Origin: the human T2T-CHM13v2.0 reference genome, Homo sapiens
Assembly: GCF_009914755.1 (NCBI RefSeq)
Contig: NC_060925.1
DNA length: 64,000 bases
Strand: one strand, 5' to 3'
Shown piece after piece: positions 25,201-39,200 of the stretch (position 1 is its first letter; each line of letters begins with the position of its first letter). Below the pieces are notes generated by a model, which had not been told where the DNA came from, ran no database searches, and was given only the letters and a program-made list of their open reading frames with translations. The position numbers and the translations under genes are program-made.

Positions 25201-28200
25201 AGTAACTTCCTTGTGTTGTGTGTATTCAACTCACAGAGTTGAACGATCCTTTACACAGAGCAGACTTGAAACACTCTTTTTGTGGAATTTGCAAGTGGAG
25301 ATTTCAGCCGCTTTGAGGTCAATGGTAGAAAAGGAAACTATCTTCATATAAAGATTAGACAGAATGATTCTCAGAAACTCCTTTGTGATGTGTGCGTTCA
25401 ACTCACAGAGTTTAACCTTTCTGTTCATAGAGCCGTTAGGAAACACTCTGTTTGTAAAGTCTGCAAGTGGATATTCAGACCTCTTTGAGGCCTTCGTTGG
25501 AAACGGGATTTCTTCATATTATGCTAGACAGAAGAATTCTCAGTAACTTCCTTGTGTTGTGTGTATTCAACTCACAGAGTTGAACGATCCTTTACACAGA
25601 GCAGACTTGAAACATTCTTTTTGTGGAATTTGCAAGTGGAGATTTCAGCCGCTTTGAGGTCAATGGTAGAATAGGAAATATCTTCCTATAGAAACTAGAC
25701 AGAACGATTCTCAGAAACTCCTTTGTGATGTGTGCGTTCAACTCACAGAGTTTAACCTTTCTTTTCATAGAGCAGTTAGGAAACACTCTGTTTGTAAAGT
25801 CTGCAAGTGGATATTCAGACCTCCTTGAGGCCTTCGTTGGAAACGGGATTTCTTCATATTCTGCTAGACAGAAGAATTCTCAGTAACTTCCTTGTGTTGT
25901 GTTTATTCAACTCACAGAGTTGAATGATCCTTTACACAGAGCAGACTTGAAACACTCTTTTTGTGGAATTTGCAAGTGGAGATTTCAGCCGCTTTGAGGT
26001 CAATGGTAGAAAAGTAAATATCTTCGTATAAAGACTAGACAGAATGATTCTCAGAAACTCCTTTGTGATGTGTGCGTTCAACTCACAGAGTTTAACCTTT
26101 CTGTTCATAGAGCTGTTAGGAAACACTCTGTTTGTAAAGTCTGCAAGTGGATATTCAGACCTCCTTTAGGCCTTCGTTGGAAACGGGATTTCTTCATATT
26201 CTGCTAGACAGAAGAATTCTCAGTAACTTCCTTGTGTTGTGTGTATTCAACTCACAGAGTTGAACGATCCTTTACACAGAGCAGACTTGAAACACTCTTT
26301 TTGTGGAATTTGCAAGTGGAGATTTCAGCCGCTTTGAGGTCAATAGTAGAAAAGGAAATATCTTCGTAGAAAAACTAGACAGAATGATTCTCAGAAACTC
26401 CTTTGTGATGTGTGTGTTCAACTCACAGAGTTTAACCTTTCTTTTCATAGAGCAGTTAGTAAACACTCTGTTTATAAAGTCTGCAAGTGGATATTCAGAC
26501 CCCTTTGAGGCCTTCGTTGGAAACGGGATTTCTTCATATTATGCTAGACAGAAGAATTCTCAGTAACTTCCTTGTGTTGTGTGTATTCAACTGACAGAGT
26601 TGAACTTTCATTTAGAGAGAGCAGATTTGAAACACTGTTTTTGTGGAATTTGCAAGTGGAGATTTCAAGCGCTTTGGGGCCAAAGGCAGAAAAGGAAATA
26701 TCTTCGTATAAAAACTAGACAGAATCATTCTCAGAAACTGCTGCGTGATGTGTGCGTTCAACTCTCAGAGTTTAACTTTTCTTTTCATTCAGCGGTTTGG
26801 AAACACTCTGTTTGTAAAGTCTGCACGTGGAAATTTTGACCACTTAGAGGCCTTCGTTGGAAACGGGTTTTTTTCATGTAAGGCTAGACAGAAGAATTCC
26901 CAGTAACTTCCTTGTGTTGTGTGCATTCAACTCACAGAGTTGAACGTTCCCTTAGACAGAGCAGATTTGAAAAACTCTATTTGTGCAATTTGCAAGTGTA
27001 GATTTCAAGCGCTTTAAGGTCAACGGCAGAAAAGGAAATATCTTCGTTTCAAAACTAGACAGAATCATTCCCACAAACTGCGTTGTGATGTGTTCGTTCA
27101 ACTCACAGAGTTTAACCTTTCTGTTCATAGAGCAGTTAGGAAACACTCTGTTTGTAAAGTCTGTAAGTGGATATTCTGACATCTTGTGGCCTTCGTTGGA
27201 AACGGGATTTCTTCATATTCTGCTAGACAGAAGAATTCTCAGTAACTTCCTTGTGTTGTGTGTATTCAACTCACAGAGTTGAATGATCCTTTACACAGAG
27301 CAGACTTGAAACACTCTTTTTGTGGAATTTGCAAGTGGAGATTTCAGCCGCTTTGAGGTCAATGGTAGAAAAGTAAATATCTTCGTATAAAGACTAGACA
27401 GAATGATTCTTAGAAACTCCTTTGTGATGTGTGCGTTCAACTCACAGAGTTTAACCTTTCTGTTCATAGAGCAGTTAGGAAACACTCTGTTTGTAAAGTC
27501 TGCAAGTGGATATTCAGACCTCCTTTAGGCCTTCGTTGGAAACGGGATTTCTTCATATTCTGCTAGACAGAAGAATTCTCAGTAACTTCCTTGTGTTGTG
27601 TGTATTCAACTCACAGAGTTGAACAATCCTTTACACAGAGCAGACTTGAAACACTCTTTTTGTGGAATTTGCAAGTGGAGATTTCAGCCGCTTTGAGGTC
27701 AATGGTAGAAAAGGAAATATCTTCGTATAAAGACTAGACAGAATGATTCTCATAAACTCCTTTGTGATGTGTGCGTTCAACTCACAGAGTTTAACTTTTC
27801 TTTTCATAGAGCAGTTAGGAAACACTCTGTTTGTAAAGTCTGCAAGTGGATATTCAGACCTCTTTGAGGCCTTCGTTGGAAACGGGATTTCTTCATATTC
27901 TGCTAGACAGAAGAATTCTCAGTAACTTCCTTGTGTTGTGTGTATTCAACTCACAGAGTTGAACGATCCTTTACACAGAGCAGACTTGAAACATTCTTTT
28001 TGTGGAATTTGCAAGTGGAGATTTCAGCCGCTTTGAGGTCAATGGTAGAATAGGAAATATCTTCCTATAGAAACTAGACAGAACGATTCTCAGAAACTCC
28101 TTTGTGATGTGTGCGTTCAACTCACAGAGTTTAACCTTTCTTTTCATAGAGCAGTTAGGAAACACTCTGTTTGTAAAGTCTGCAAGTGGATATTCAGACC

Positions 28201-30290
28201 TCTTTGAGGCCTTCGTTGGAAACGGGATTTCTTCATATTCTGCTAGACAGAAGAATTCTCAGTAACTTCCTTGTGTTGTGTGTATTCAACTCACAGAGTT
28301 GAACGATCCTTTACACAGAGCAGACTTGAAACACTCTTTTTGTGGAATTTGCAAGTGGAGATTTCAGCCGCTTTGAGGTCAATAGTAGAAAAGGAAATAT
28401 CTTCGTAGAAAAACTAGACAGAATGATTCTCAGAAACTCCTTTGTGATGTGTGTGTTCAACTCACAGAGTTTAACCTTTCTTTTCATAGAGCAGTTAGTA
28501 AACACTCTGTTTATAAAGTCTGCAAGTGGATATTCAGACCCCTTTGAGGCCTTCGTTGGAAACGGGATTTCTTCATATTATGCTAGACAGAAGAATTCTC
28601 AGTAACTTCCTTGTGTTGTGTGTATTCAACTGACAGAGTTGAACTTTCATTTAGAGAGAGCAGATTTGAAACACTGTTTTTGTGGAATTTGCAAGTGGAG
28701 ATTTCAAGCGCTTTGGGGCCAAAGGCAGAAAAGGAAATATCTTCGTATAAAAACTAGACAGAATCATTCTCAGAAACTGCTGCGTGATGTGTGCGTTCAA
28801 CTCTCAGAGTTTAACTTTTCTTTTCATTCAGCGGTTTGGAAACACTCTGTTTGTAAAGTCTGCACGTGGAAATTTTGACCACTTAGAGGCCTTCGTTGGA
28901 AACGGGTTTTTTTCATGTAAGGCTAGACAGAAGAATTCCCAGTAACTTCCTTGTGTTGTGTGCATTCAACTCACAGAGTTGAACGTTCCCTTAGACAGAG
29001 CAGATTTGAAACACTCTATTTGTGCAATTTGCAAGTGTAGATTTCAAGCGCTTTAAGGTCAACGGCAGAAAAGGAAATATCTTCGTTTCAAAACTAGACA
29101 GAATCATTCCCACAAACTGCGTTGTGATGTGTTCGTTCAACTCACAGAGTTTAACCTTTCTGTTCATAGAGCAGTTAGGAAACACTCTGTTTGTAAAGTC
29201 TGTAAGTGGATATTCTGACATCTTGTGGCCTTCGTTGGAAACGGGATTTCTTCATATTCTGCTAGACAGAAGAATTCTCAGTAACTTCCTTGTGTTGTGT
29301 GTATTCAACTCACAGAGTTGAACGATCCTTTACACAGAGCAGACTTGAAACACTCTTTTTGTGGAATTTGCAAGTGGAGATTTCAGCCGCTTTGAGGTCA
29401 ATGGTAGAAAAGGAAACTATCTTCATATAAAGATTAGACAGAATGATTCTCAGAAAATCTTTTGTGATGTGTGCGTTCAACTCACAGAGTTTAACTTTTC
29501 TTCTCATAGAGCAGTTAGGAAACACTCTGTTTGTAAAGTCTGCAAGTGGATATTCAGACCTCTTTGAGGTCTTCGTTGGAAACGGGATTTCTTCATATTA
29601 TGCTAGACAGAATAATTCTCAGTAACGTCCTTGTGTTGTGTGTATTCAACTCACAGAGTTGAAGGATCCTTTACAGAGAGCAGGCTTGAAACACTCTTTT
29701 TGTCGAATTTGCAAGTGGAGATTTCAGCCGCTTTGTGGTCAATGGTAGAATAGGAAATATCTTCTTATAGAAACTAGACAGAATGATTCTCATAAACTCC
29801 TTTGTGATGTGTGCGTTCAACTCACAGAGTTTAACCTTTCTTTTCATAGAGCAGTTAGGAAACACACTGTTTGTAAAGTCTGCAAGTGGATATTCAGACC
29901 TCCTTGAGGCCTTCGTTGGAAACGGGATTTCTTCATATTCTGCTAGACAGAAGAATTCTCAGTAACTTCCTTGTGTTGTGTTTATTCAACTCACAGAGTT
30001 GAATGATCCTTTACACAGAGCAGACTTGAAACACTCTTTTTGTGGAATTTGCAAGTGGAGATTTCAGCCGCTTTGAGGTCAATGGTAGAAAAGTAAATAT
30101 CTTCCTATAAAGACTAGACAGAATGATTCTCAGAAACTCCTTTGTGATGTGTGCGTTCAACTCACAGAGTTTAACCTTTCTGTTCATAGAGCCGTTAGGA
30201 AACACTCTGTTTGTAAAGTCTGCAAGTGGATATTCAGACCTCTTTGAGGCCTTCGTTGGAAACGGGATTTCTTCATATTATGCTAGACAG

Positions 30291-33200
30291 AAAAATTCTC
30301 AGTAACTTCCTTGTGTTGTGTGTATTCAACTCACAGAGTTGAACGATCCTTTACACAGAGCAGACTTGAAACACTCTTTTTGTCGAATTTGCAAGTGGAG
30401 ATTTCAGCCGCTTTGAGGTCAATGGTAGAATAGGAAATATCTTCTTATAGAAACTAGACAGAATGATTCTCATGAACTCCTTTGTGATGTGTGCGTTGAA
30501 CTCACAGAGTTTAACCTTTCTTTTCATAGAGGAGTTAGGAAACACTCTGTTTGTAAAGTCTGCAAGTGGATATTCAGACCCCCTTGAGGCCTTCGTTGGA
30601 AACGGGATTTCTTCATATTCTGCTAGACAGAAGAATTCTCAGTAACTTCCTTGTGTTGTGTTTATTCAACTCACAGAGTTGAATGATCCTTTACACAGAG
30701 CAGACTTGAAACACTCTTTTTGTGGAAATTGCAAGTGGAGATTTCAGCCGCTTTGAGGTCAATGGTAGAAAAGTAAATATCTTCGTATAAAGACTAGACA
30801 GAATGATTCTCAGAAACTCCTTTGTGATGTGTGCGTTCAACTCACAGAGTTTAACCTTTCTGTTCATAGAGCAGTTAGGAAACACTCTGTTTGTAAAGTC
30901 TGCAAGTGGATATTCAGACCTCCTTGAGGCCTTCGTTGAAAACGGGATTTCTTCATATTCTGCTAGACAGAAGAATTCTCAGTAACTTCCTTGTGTTGTG
31001 TGTATTCAACTCACAGAGTTGAACGATCCTTTACACAGAGCAGACTTGAAACACTCTTTCTGTGGAATTTGCAAGTGGAGATTTCAACCGCTTTGAGGTC
31101 AATAGTAGAAAAGGAAATATCTTCGTAGAAAAACTAGACAGAATGATTCTCAGAAACTCCTTTGTGATGTGTGTGTTCAACTCACAGAGTTTAACCTTTC
31201 TTTTCATAGAGCAGTTAGTAAACACTCTGTTTATAAAGTCTGCAAGTGGATATTCAGACCCCTTTGAGGCCTTCGTTGGAAACGGGATTTCTTCATATTA
31301 TGCTAGACAGAAGAATTCTCAGTAACTTCCTTGTGTTGTGTGTATTCAACTGACAGAGTTGAACTTTCTTTTAGAGAGAGCAGATTTGAAACACTGTTTT
31401 TGTGGAATTTGCAACTGGAGATTTCAAGCGCTTTGGGGCCAAAGGCAGAAAAGGAAATATCTTCGTATAAAAACTAGACAGAATCATTCTCAGAAACTGC
31501 TGCGTGATGTGTGCGTTCAACTCTCAGAGTTTAACTTTTCTTTTCATTCAGCGGTTTGGAAACACTCTGTTTGTAAAGTCTGCACGTGGATATTTTGACC
31601 ACTTAGAGGCCTTCGTTGGAAACGGGTTTTTTTCATGTAAGGCTAGACAGAAGAATTCCCAGTAACTTCCTTGTGTTGTGTGCATTCAACTCACAGAGTT
31701 GAACGTTCCCTTAGACAGAGCAGATTTGAAACACTCTATTTGTGCAATTTGCAAGTGTAGATTTCAAGCGCTTTAAGGTCAACGGCAGAAAAGGAAATAT
31801 CTTCGTTTCAAAACTAGACAGAATCATTCCCACAAACTGCGTTGTGATGTGTTCGTTCAACTCACAGAGTTTAACCTTTCTGTTCATAGAGCAGTTAGGA
31901 AACACTCTGTTTGTAAAGTCTGTAAGTGGATATTCTGACATCTTGTGGCCTTCGTTGGAAACGGGATTTCTTCATATTCTGCTAGACAGAAGAATTCTCA
32001 GTAACTTCCTTGTGTTGTGTGTATTCAACTCACAGAGTTGAACGATCCTTTACACAGAGCAGACTTGAAACACTCTTTTTGTGGAATTTGCAAGTGGAGA
32101 TTTCAGCCGCTTTGAGGTCAATGGTAGAAAAGGAAACTATCTTCATATAAAGACTAGACAGAATGATTCTCAGAAAATCTTTTGTGATGTGTGCGTTCAA
32201 CTCACAGAGTTTAACTTTTCTTCTCATAGAGCAGTTAGGAAACACTCTGTTTGTAAAGTCTGCAAGTGGATATTCAGACCTCTTTGAGGCCTTCGTTGGA
32301 AACGGGATTTCTTCATATTATGCTAGACAGAATAATTCTCAGTAACTTCCTTGTGTTGTGTGTATTCAACTCACAGAGTTGAAGGATCCTTTACAGAGAG
32401 CAGGCTTGAAACACACTTTTTGTCGAATTTGCAAGCGGAGATTTCAGCCGCTTTGAGGTCAATGGTAGAATAGGAAATATCTTCTTATAGAAACTAGACA
32501 GAATGATTCTCATGAACTCCTTTGTGATGTGTGCGTTGAACTCACAGAGTTTAACCTTTCTATTCATAGAGCAGTTAGGAAACACTCTGTTTGTAAAGTC
32601 TGCAAGTGGATATTCAGACCTCCTTGAGGCCTTCGTTGGAAACGGGATTTCTTCATATTCTGCTAGACAGAAGAATTCTCAATAACTTCCTTGTGTTGTG
32701 TTTATTCAACTCACAGAGTTGAATGATCCTTTACACAGAGCAGACTTGAAACACTCTTTTTGTGGAAATTGCAAATGGAGATTTCAGCCGCTTTGAGGTC
32801 AATGGTAGAAAAGTAAATATCTTCGTATAAAGACTAGACAGAATGATTCTCAGAAACTCCTTTTTGATGTGTGCGTTCAACTCACAGAGTTTAACCTTTC
32901 TGTTCATAGAGCAGTTAGGAAACACTCTGTTTGTAAAGTCTGCAAGTGGATATTCAGACCTCCTAGAGGCCTTCGTTGAAAACGGGATTTCTTCATATTC
33001 TGCTAGACAGAAGAATTCTCAGTAACTTCCTTGTGTTGTGTGTATTCAACTCACAGAGTTGAACGATCCTTTACACAGAGCAGACTTGAAACACTCTTTC
33101 TGTGGAATTTGCAAGTGGAGATTTCAGCCGCTTTGAGGTCAATAGTAGAAAAGGAAATATCTTCGTACAAAAACTAGACAGAATGATTCTCAGAAACTCC

Positions 33201-36200
33201 TTTGTGATGTGTGTGTTCAACTCACAGAGTTTAACCTTTCTTTTCATAGAGCAGTTAGTAAACACTCTGTTTATAAAGTCTGCAAGTGGATATTCAGACC
33301 CCTTTGAGGCCTTCGTTGGAAACGGGATTTCTTCATATTATGCTAGACAGAAGAATTCTCAGTAACTTCCCTGTGTTGTGTGTATTCAACTGACAGAGTT
33401 GAACTTTCTTTTAGAGAGAGCAGATTTGAAACACTGTTTTTGTGGAATTTGCAACTGGAGATTTCAAGCGCTTTGGGGCCAAAGGCAGAAAAGGAAATAT
33501 CTTCGTATAAAAACTAGACAGAATCATTCTCAGAAACTGCTGCGTGATGTGTGCGTTCAACTCTCAGAGTTTAACTTTTCTTTTCATTCAGCGGTTTGGA
33601 AACACTCTGTTTGTAAAGTCTGCACGTGGATATTTTGACCACTTAGAGGCCTTCGTTGGAAACGGGTTTTTTTCATGTAAGGCTAGACAGAAGAATTCCC
33701 AGTAACTTCCTTGTGTTGTGTGCATTCAACTCACAGAGTTGAACGTTCCCTTAGACAGAGGAGATTTGAAACACTCTATTTGTGCAATTTGCAAGTGTAG
33801 ATTTCAAGCGCTTTAAGGTCAACGGCAGAAAAGGAAATATCTTCGTTTCAAAACTAGACAGAATCATTCCCACAAACTGCGTTGTGATGTGTTCGTTCAA
33901 CTCACAGAGTTTAACCTTTCTGTTCATAGAGCAGTTAGGAAACACTCTGTTTGTAAAGTCTGTAAGTGGATATTCTGACATCTTGTGGCCTTCGTTGGAA
34001 ACGGGATTTCTTCATATTCTGCTAGACAGAAGAATTCTCAGTAACTTCCTTGTGTTGTGTGTATTCAACTCACAGAGTTGAACGATCCTTTACACAGAGC
34101 AGACTTGAAACACTCTTTTTGTGGAATTTGCAAGTGGAGATTTCAGCCGCTTTGAGGTCAATGGTAGAAAAGGAAACTATCTTCATATAAAGACTAGACA
34201 GAATGATTCTCAGAAACTCCTTTGTGATGTGTGTGTTCAACTCACAGAGTTTAACCTTTCTTTTCATAGAGCAGTTAGTAAACACTCTGTTTATAAAGTC
34301 TGCAAGTGGATATTCAGACCCCTTTGAGGCCTTCGTTGGAAACGGGATTTCTTCATATTATGCTAGACAGAAGAATTCTCAGTAACTTCCTTGTGTTGTG
34401 TGTATTCAACTGACAGAGTTGAACTTTCTTTTAGAGAGAGCAGATTTGAAACACTGTTTTTGTGGAATTTGCAACTGGAGATTTCAAGCGCTTTGGGGCC
34501 AAAGGCAGAAAAGGAAATATCTTCGTATAAAAACTAGACAGAATCATTCTCAGAAACTGCTGCGTGATGTGTGCGTTCAACTATCAGAGTTTAACTTTTC
34601 TTTTCATTCAGCGGTTTGGAAACACTCTGTTTGTAAAGTCTGCACGTGGATATTTTGACCACTTAGAGGCCTTCGTTGGAAACGGGTTTTTTTCATGTAA
34701 GGCTAGACAGAAGAATTCCCAGTAACTTCCTTGTGTTGTGTGCATTCAACTCACAGAGTTGAACGTTCCCTTAGACAGAGCAGATTTGAAACACTCTATT
34801 TCTGCAATTTGCAAGTGTAGATTTCAAGCGCTTTAAGGTCAACGGCAGAAAAGGAAATATCTTCGTTTCAAAACTAGACAGAATCATTCCCACAAACTGC
34901 GTTGTGATGTGTTCGTTCAACTCACAGAGTTTAACCTTTCTGTTCATAGAGCAGTTAGGAAACACTCTGTTTGTAAAGTCTGTAAGTGGATATTCTGACA
35001 TCTTGTGGCCTTCGTTGGAAACGGGATTTCTTCATATTCTGCTAGACAGAATAATTCTCAGTAACTTCCTTGTGTTGTGTGTATTCAACTCACAGAGTTG
35101 AATGATCCTTTACACAGAGCAGACTTGAAACACTCTTTTTGTGGAATTTGCAAGTGGAGATTTCAGCCGCTTTGAGGTCAATGGTAGAAAAGTAAATATC
35201 TTCGTATAAAGACTAGACAGAATGATTCTTAGAAACTCCTTTGTGATGTGTGCGTTCAACTCACAGAGTTTAACCTTTCTGTTCATAGAGCAGTTAGGAA
35301 ACACTCTGTTTGTAAAGTCTGCAAGTGGATATTCAGACCTCCTTTAGACCTTCGTTGGAAACGGGATTTCTTCATATTCTGCTAGACAGAAGAATTCTCA
35401 GTAACTTCCTTGTGTTGTGTGTATTCAACTCACAGAGTTGAACAATCCTTTACACAGAGCAGACTTGAAACACTCTTTTTGTGGAATTTGCAAGTGGAGA
35501 TTTCAGCCGCTTTGAGGTCAATGGTAGAAAAGGAAATATCTTCGTATAAAGACTAGACAGAATGATTCTCATGAACTCCTTTGTGATGTGTGCGTTGAAC
35601 TCACAGAGTTTAACCTTTCTTTTCATAGAGGAGTTAGGAAACACTCTGTTTGTAAAGTCTGCAAGTGGATATTCAGACCTCCTTGAGGCCTTCGTTGGAA
35701 ACGGGATTTCTTCATATTCTGCTAGACAGAAGAATTCTCAGTAACTTCCTTGTGTTGTGTTTATTCAACTCACAGAGTTGAATGATCCTTTACACAGAGC
35801 AGACTTGAAACACTCTTTTTGTGGAAATTGCAAGTGGAGATTTCAGCCGCTTTGAGGTCAATGGTAGAAAAGTAAATATCTTCGTATAAAGACTAGACAG
35901 AATGATTCTCAGAAACTCCTTTGTGATGTGTGCGTTCAACTCACAGAGTTTAACCTTTCTGTTCATAGAGCAGTTAGGAAACACTCTGTTTGTAAAGTCT
36001 GCAAGTGGATATTCAGACCTCCTTGAGGCCTTCGTTGGAAACGGGATTTCTTCATATTCTGCTAGACAGAAGAATTCTCAGTAACTTCCTTGTGTTGTGT
36101 GTATTCAACTCACAGAGTTGAACGATCCTTTACACAGAGCAGACTTGAAACACTCTTTCTGTGGAATTTGCAAGGGGAGATTTCAACCGCTTTGAGGTCA

Positions 36201-39200
36201 ATAGTAGAAAAGGAAACATCTTCGTAGAAAAACTAGACAGAATGATTCTCAGAAACTCCTTTGTGATGTGTGTGTTCAACTCACAGAGTTTAACCTTTCT
36301 TTTCATAGAGCAGTTAGTAAACACTCTGTTTATAAAGTCTGCAAGTGGATATTCAGACCCCTTTGAGGCCTTCGTTGGAAACGGGATTTCTTCATATTAT
36401 GCTAGACAGAAGAATTCTCAGTAACTTCCTTGTGTTGTGTGTATTCAACTGACAGAGTTGAACTTTCTTTTAGAGAGAGCAGATTTGAAACACTGTTTTT
36501 GTGGAATTTGCAACTGGAGATTTCAAGCGCTTTGGGGCCAAAGGCAGAAAAGGAAATATCTTCGTATAAAAACTAGACAGAATCATTCTCAGAAACTGCT
36601 GCGTGATGTGTGCGTTCAACTCTCAGAGTTTAACTTTTCTTTTCATTCAGCGGTTTGGAAACACTCTGTTTGTAAAGTCTGCACGTGGATATTTTGACCA
36701 CTTAGAGGCCTTCGTTGGAAACGGGTTTTTTTCATGTAAGGCTAGACAGAAGAATTCCCAGTAACTTCCTTGTGTTGTGTGCATTCAACTCACAGAGTTG
36801 AACGTTCCCTTAGACAGAGCAGATTTGAAACACTCTATTTGTGCAATTTGCAAGTGTAGATTTCAAGCGCTTTAAGGTCAACGGCAGAAAAGGAAATATC
36901 TTCGTTTCAAAACTAGACAGAATCATTCCCACAAACTGCGTTGTGATGTGTTCGCTCAACTCACAGAGTTTAACCTTTCTGTTCATAGAGCAGTTAGGAA
37001 ACACTCTGTTTGTAAAGTCTGTAAGTGGATATTCTGACATCTTGTGGCCTTCGTTGGAAACGGGATTTCTTCATATTCTGCTAGACAGAAGAATTCTCAG
37101 TAACTTCCTTGTGTTGTGTGTATTCAACTCACAGAGTTGAACGATCCTTTACACAGAGCAGACTTGAAACACTCTTTTTGTGGAATTTGCAAGTGGAGAT
37201 TTCAGCCGCTTTGAGGTCAATGGTAGAAAAGGAAACTATCTTCATATAAAGACTAGACAGAATGATTCTCAGAAAATCTTTTGTGATGTGTGCGTTCAAC
37301 TCACAGAGTTTAACTTTTCTTCTCATAGAGCAGTTAGGAAACACTCTGTTTGTAAAGTGTGCAAGTGGATATTCAGACCTCTTTGAGGCCTTCGTTGGAA
37401 ACGGGATTTCTTCATATTATGCTAGACAGAAGAATTCTCAGTAACTTCCTTGTGTTGTGTGTATTCAACTCACAGAGTTGAAGGATCCTTTACAGAGAGC
37501 AGGCTTGAAACACACTTTTTGTCGAATTTGCAAGCGGAGATTTCAGCCGCTTTGAGGTCAATGGTAGAATAGGAAATATCTTCTTATAGAAACTAGACAG
37601 AATGATTCTCATGAACTCCTTTGTGATGTGTGCGTTGAACTCACAGAGTTTAACCTTTCTTTTCATAGAGCAGTTAGGAAACACTCTGTTTGTAAAGTCT
37701 GCAAGTGGATATTCAGACCTCCTTGAGGCCTTCGTTGGAAACGGGATTTCTTCATATTCTGCTAGACAGAAGAATTCTCAATAACTTCCTTGTGTTGTGT
37801 TTATTCAACTCACAGAGTTGAATGATCCTTTACACAGAGCAGACTTGAAACACTCTTTTTGTGGAAATTGCAAATGGAGATTTCAGCCGCTTTGAGGTCA
37901 ATGGTAGAAAAGTAAATATCTTCGTATAAAGACTAGACAGAATGATTCTCAGAAACTCCTTTTTGATGTGTGCGTTCAACTCACAGAGTTTAACCTTTCT
38001 GTTCATAGAGCAGTTAGGAAACACTCTGTTTGTAAAGTCTGCAAGTGGATATTCAGACCTCCTAGAGGCCTTCGTTGAAAACGGGATTTCTTCATATTCT
38101 GCTAGACAGAAGAATTCTCAGTAACTTCCTTGTGTTGTGTGTATTCAACTCACAGAGTTGAACGATCCTTTACACAGAGCAGACTTGAAACACTCTTTCT
38201 GTGGAATTTGCAAGTGGAGATTTCAGCCGCTTTGAGGTCAATAGTAGAAAAGGAAATATCTTCGTAGAAAAACTAGACAGAATGATTCTCAGAAACTCCT
38301 TTGTGATGTGTGTGTTCAACTCACAGAGTTTAACCTTTCTTTTCATAGAGCAGTTAGTAAACACTCTGTTTATAAAGTCTGCAAGTGGATATTCAGACCC
38401 CCTTGAGGCCTTCGTTGGAAACGGGATTTCTTCATATTATGCGAGACAGAAGAATTCTCAGTAACTTCCCTGTGTTGTGTGTATTCAACTGACAGAGTTG
38501 AACTTTCTTTTAGAGAGAGCAGATTTGAAACACTGTTTTTGTGGAATTTGCAACTGGAGATTTCAAGCGCTTTGGGGCCAAAGGCAGAAAAGGAAATATC
38601 TTCGTATAAAAACTAGACAGAATCATTCTCAGAAACTGCTGCGTGATGTGTGCGTTCAACTCTCAGAGTTTAACTTTTCTTTTCATTCAGCGGTTTGGAA
38701 ACACTCTGTTTGTAAAGTCTGCACGTGGATATTTTGACCACTTAGAGGCCTTCGTTGGAAACGGGTTTTTTTCATGTAAGGCTAGACAGAAGAATTCCCA
38801 GTAACTTCCTTGTGTTGTGTGCATTCAACTCACAGAGTTGAACGTTCCCTTAGACAGAGCAGATTTGAAACACTCTATTTGTGCAATTTGCAAGTGTAGA
38901 TTTCAAGCGCTTTAAGGTCAACGGCAGAAAAGGAAATATCTTCGTTTCAAAACTAGACAGAATCATTCCCACAAACTGCGTTGTGATGTGTTCGTTCAAC
39001 TCACAGAGTTTAACCTTTCTGTTCATAGAGCAGTTAGGAAACACTCTGTTTGTAAAGTCTGTAAGTGGATATTCTGACATCTTGTGGCCTTCGTTGGAAA
39101 CGGGATTTCTTCATATTCTGCTAGACAGAAGAATTCTCAGTAACTTCCTTGTGTTGTGTGTATTCAACTCACAGAGTTGAACGATCCTTTACACAGAGCA

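Larger units (their letters stand above)
1..30290 (+). repeat. Haplotype block 1: alternating D-type long unit (modal 16-mer) and I-type 12-mer
   Basis: Core spacings 2380, 2039, 2720, 2035, 3400, 2039, 2380, 2039, 2720, 2039, 2040, 2039. Block markers gcacgtggaaatttt, aagattagac, gaggtcttcg, ctttgtggtc. Confidence 0.88.
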
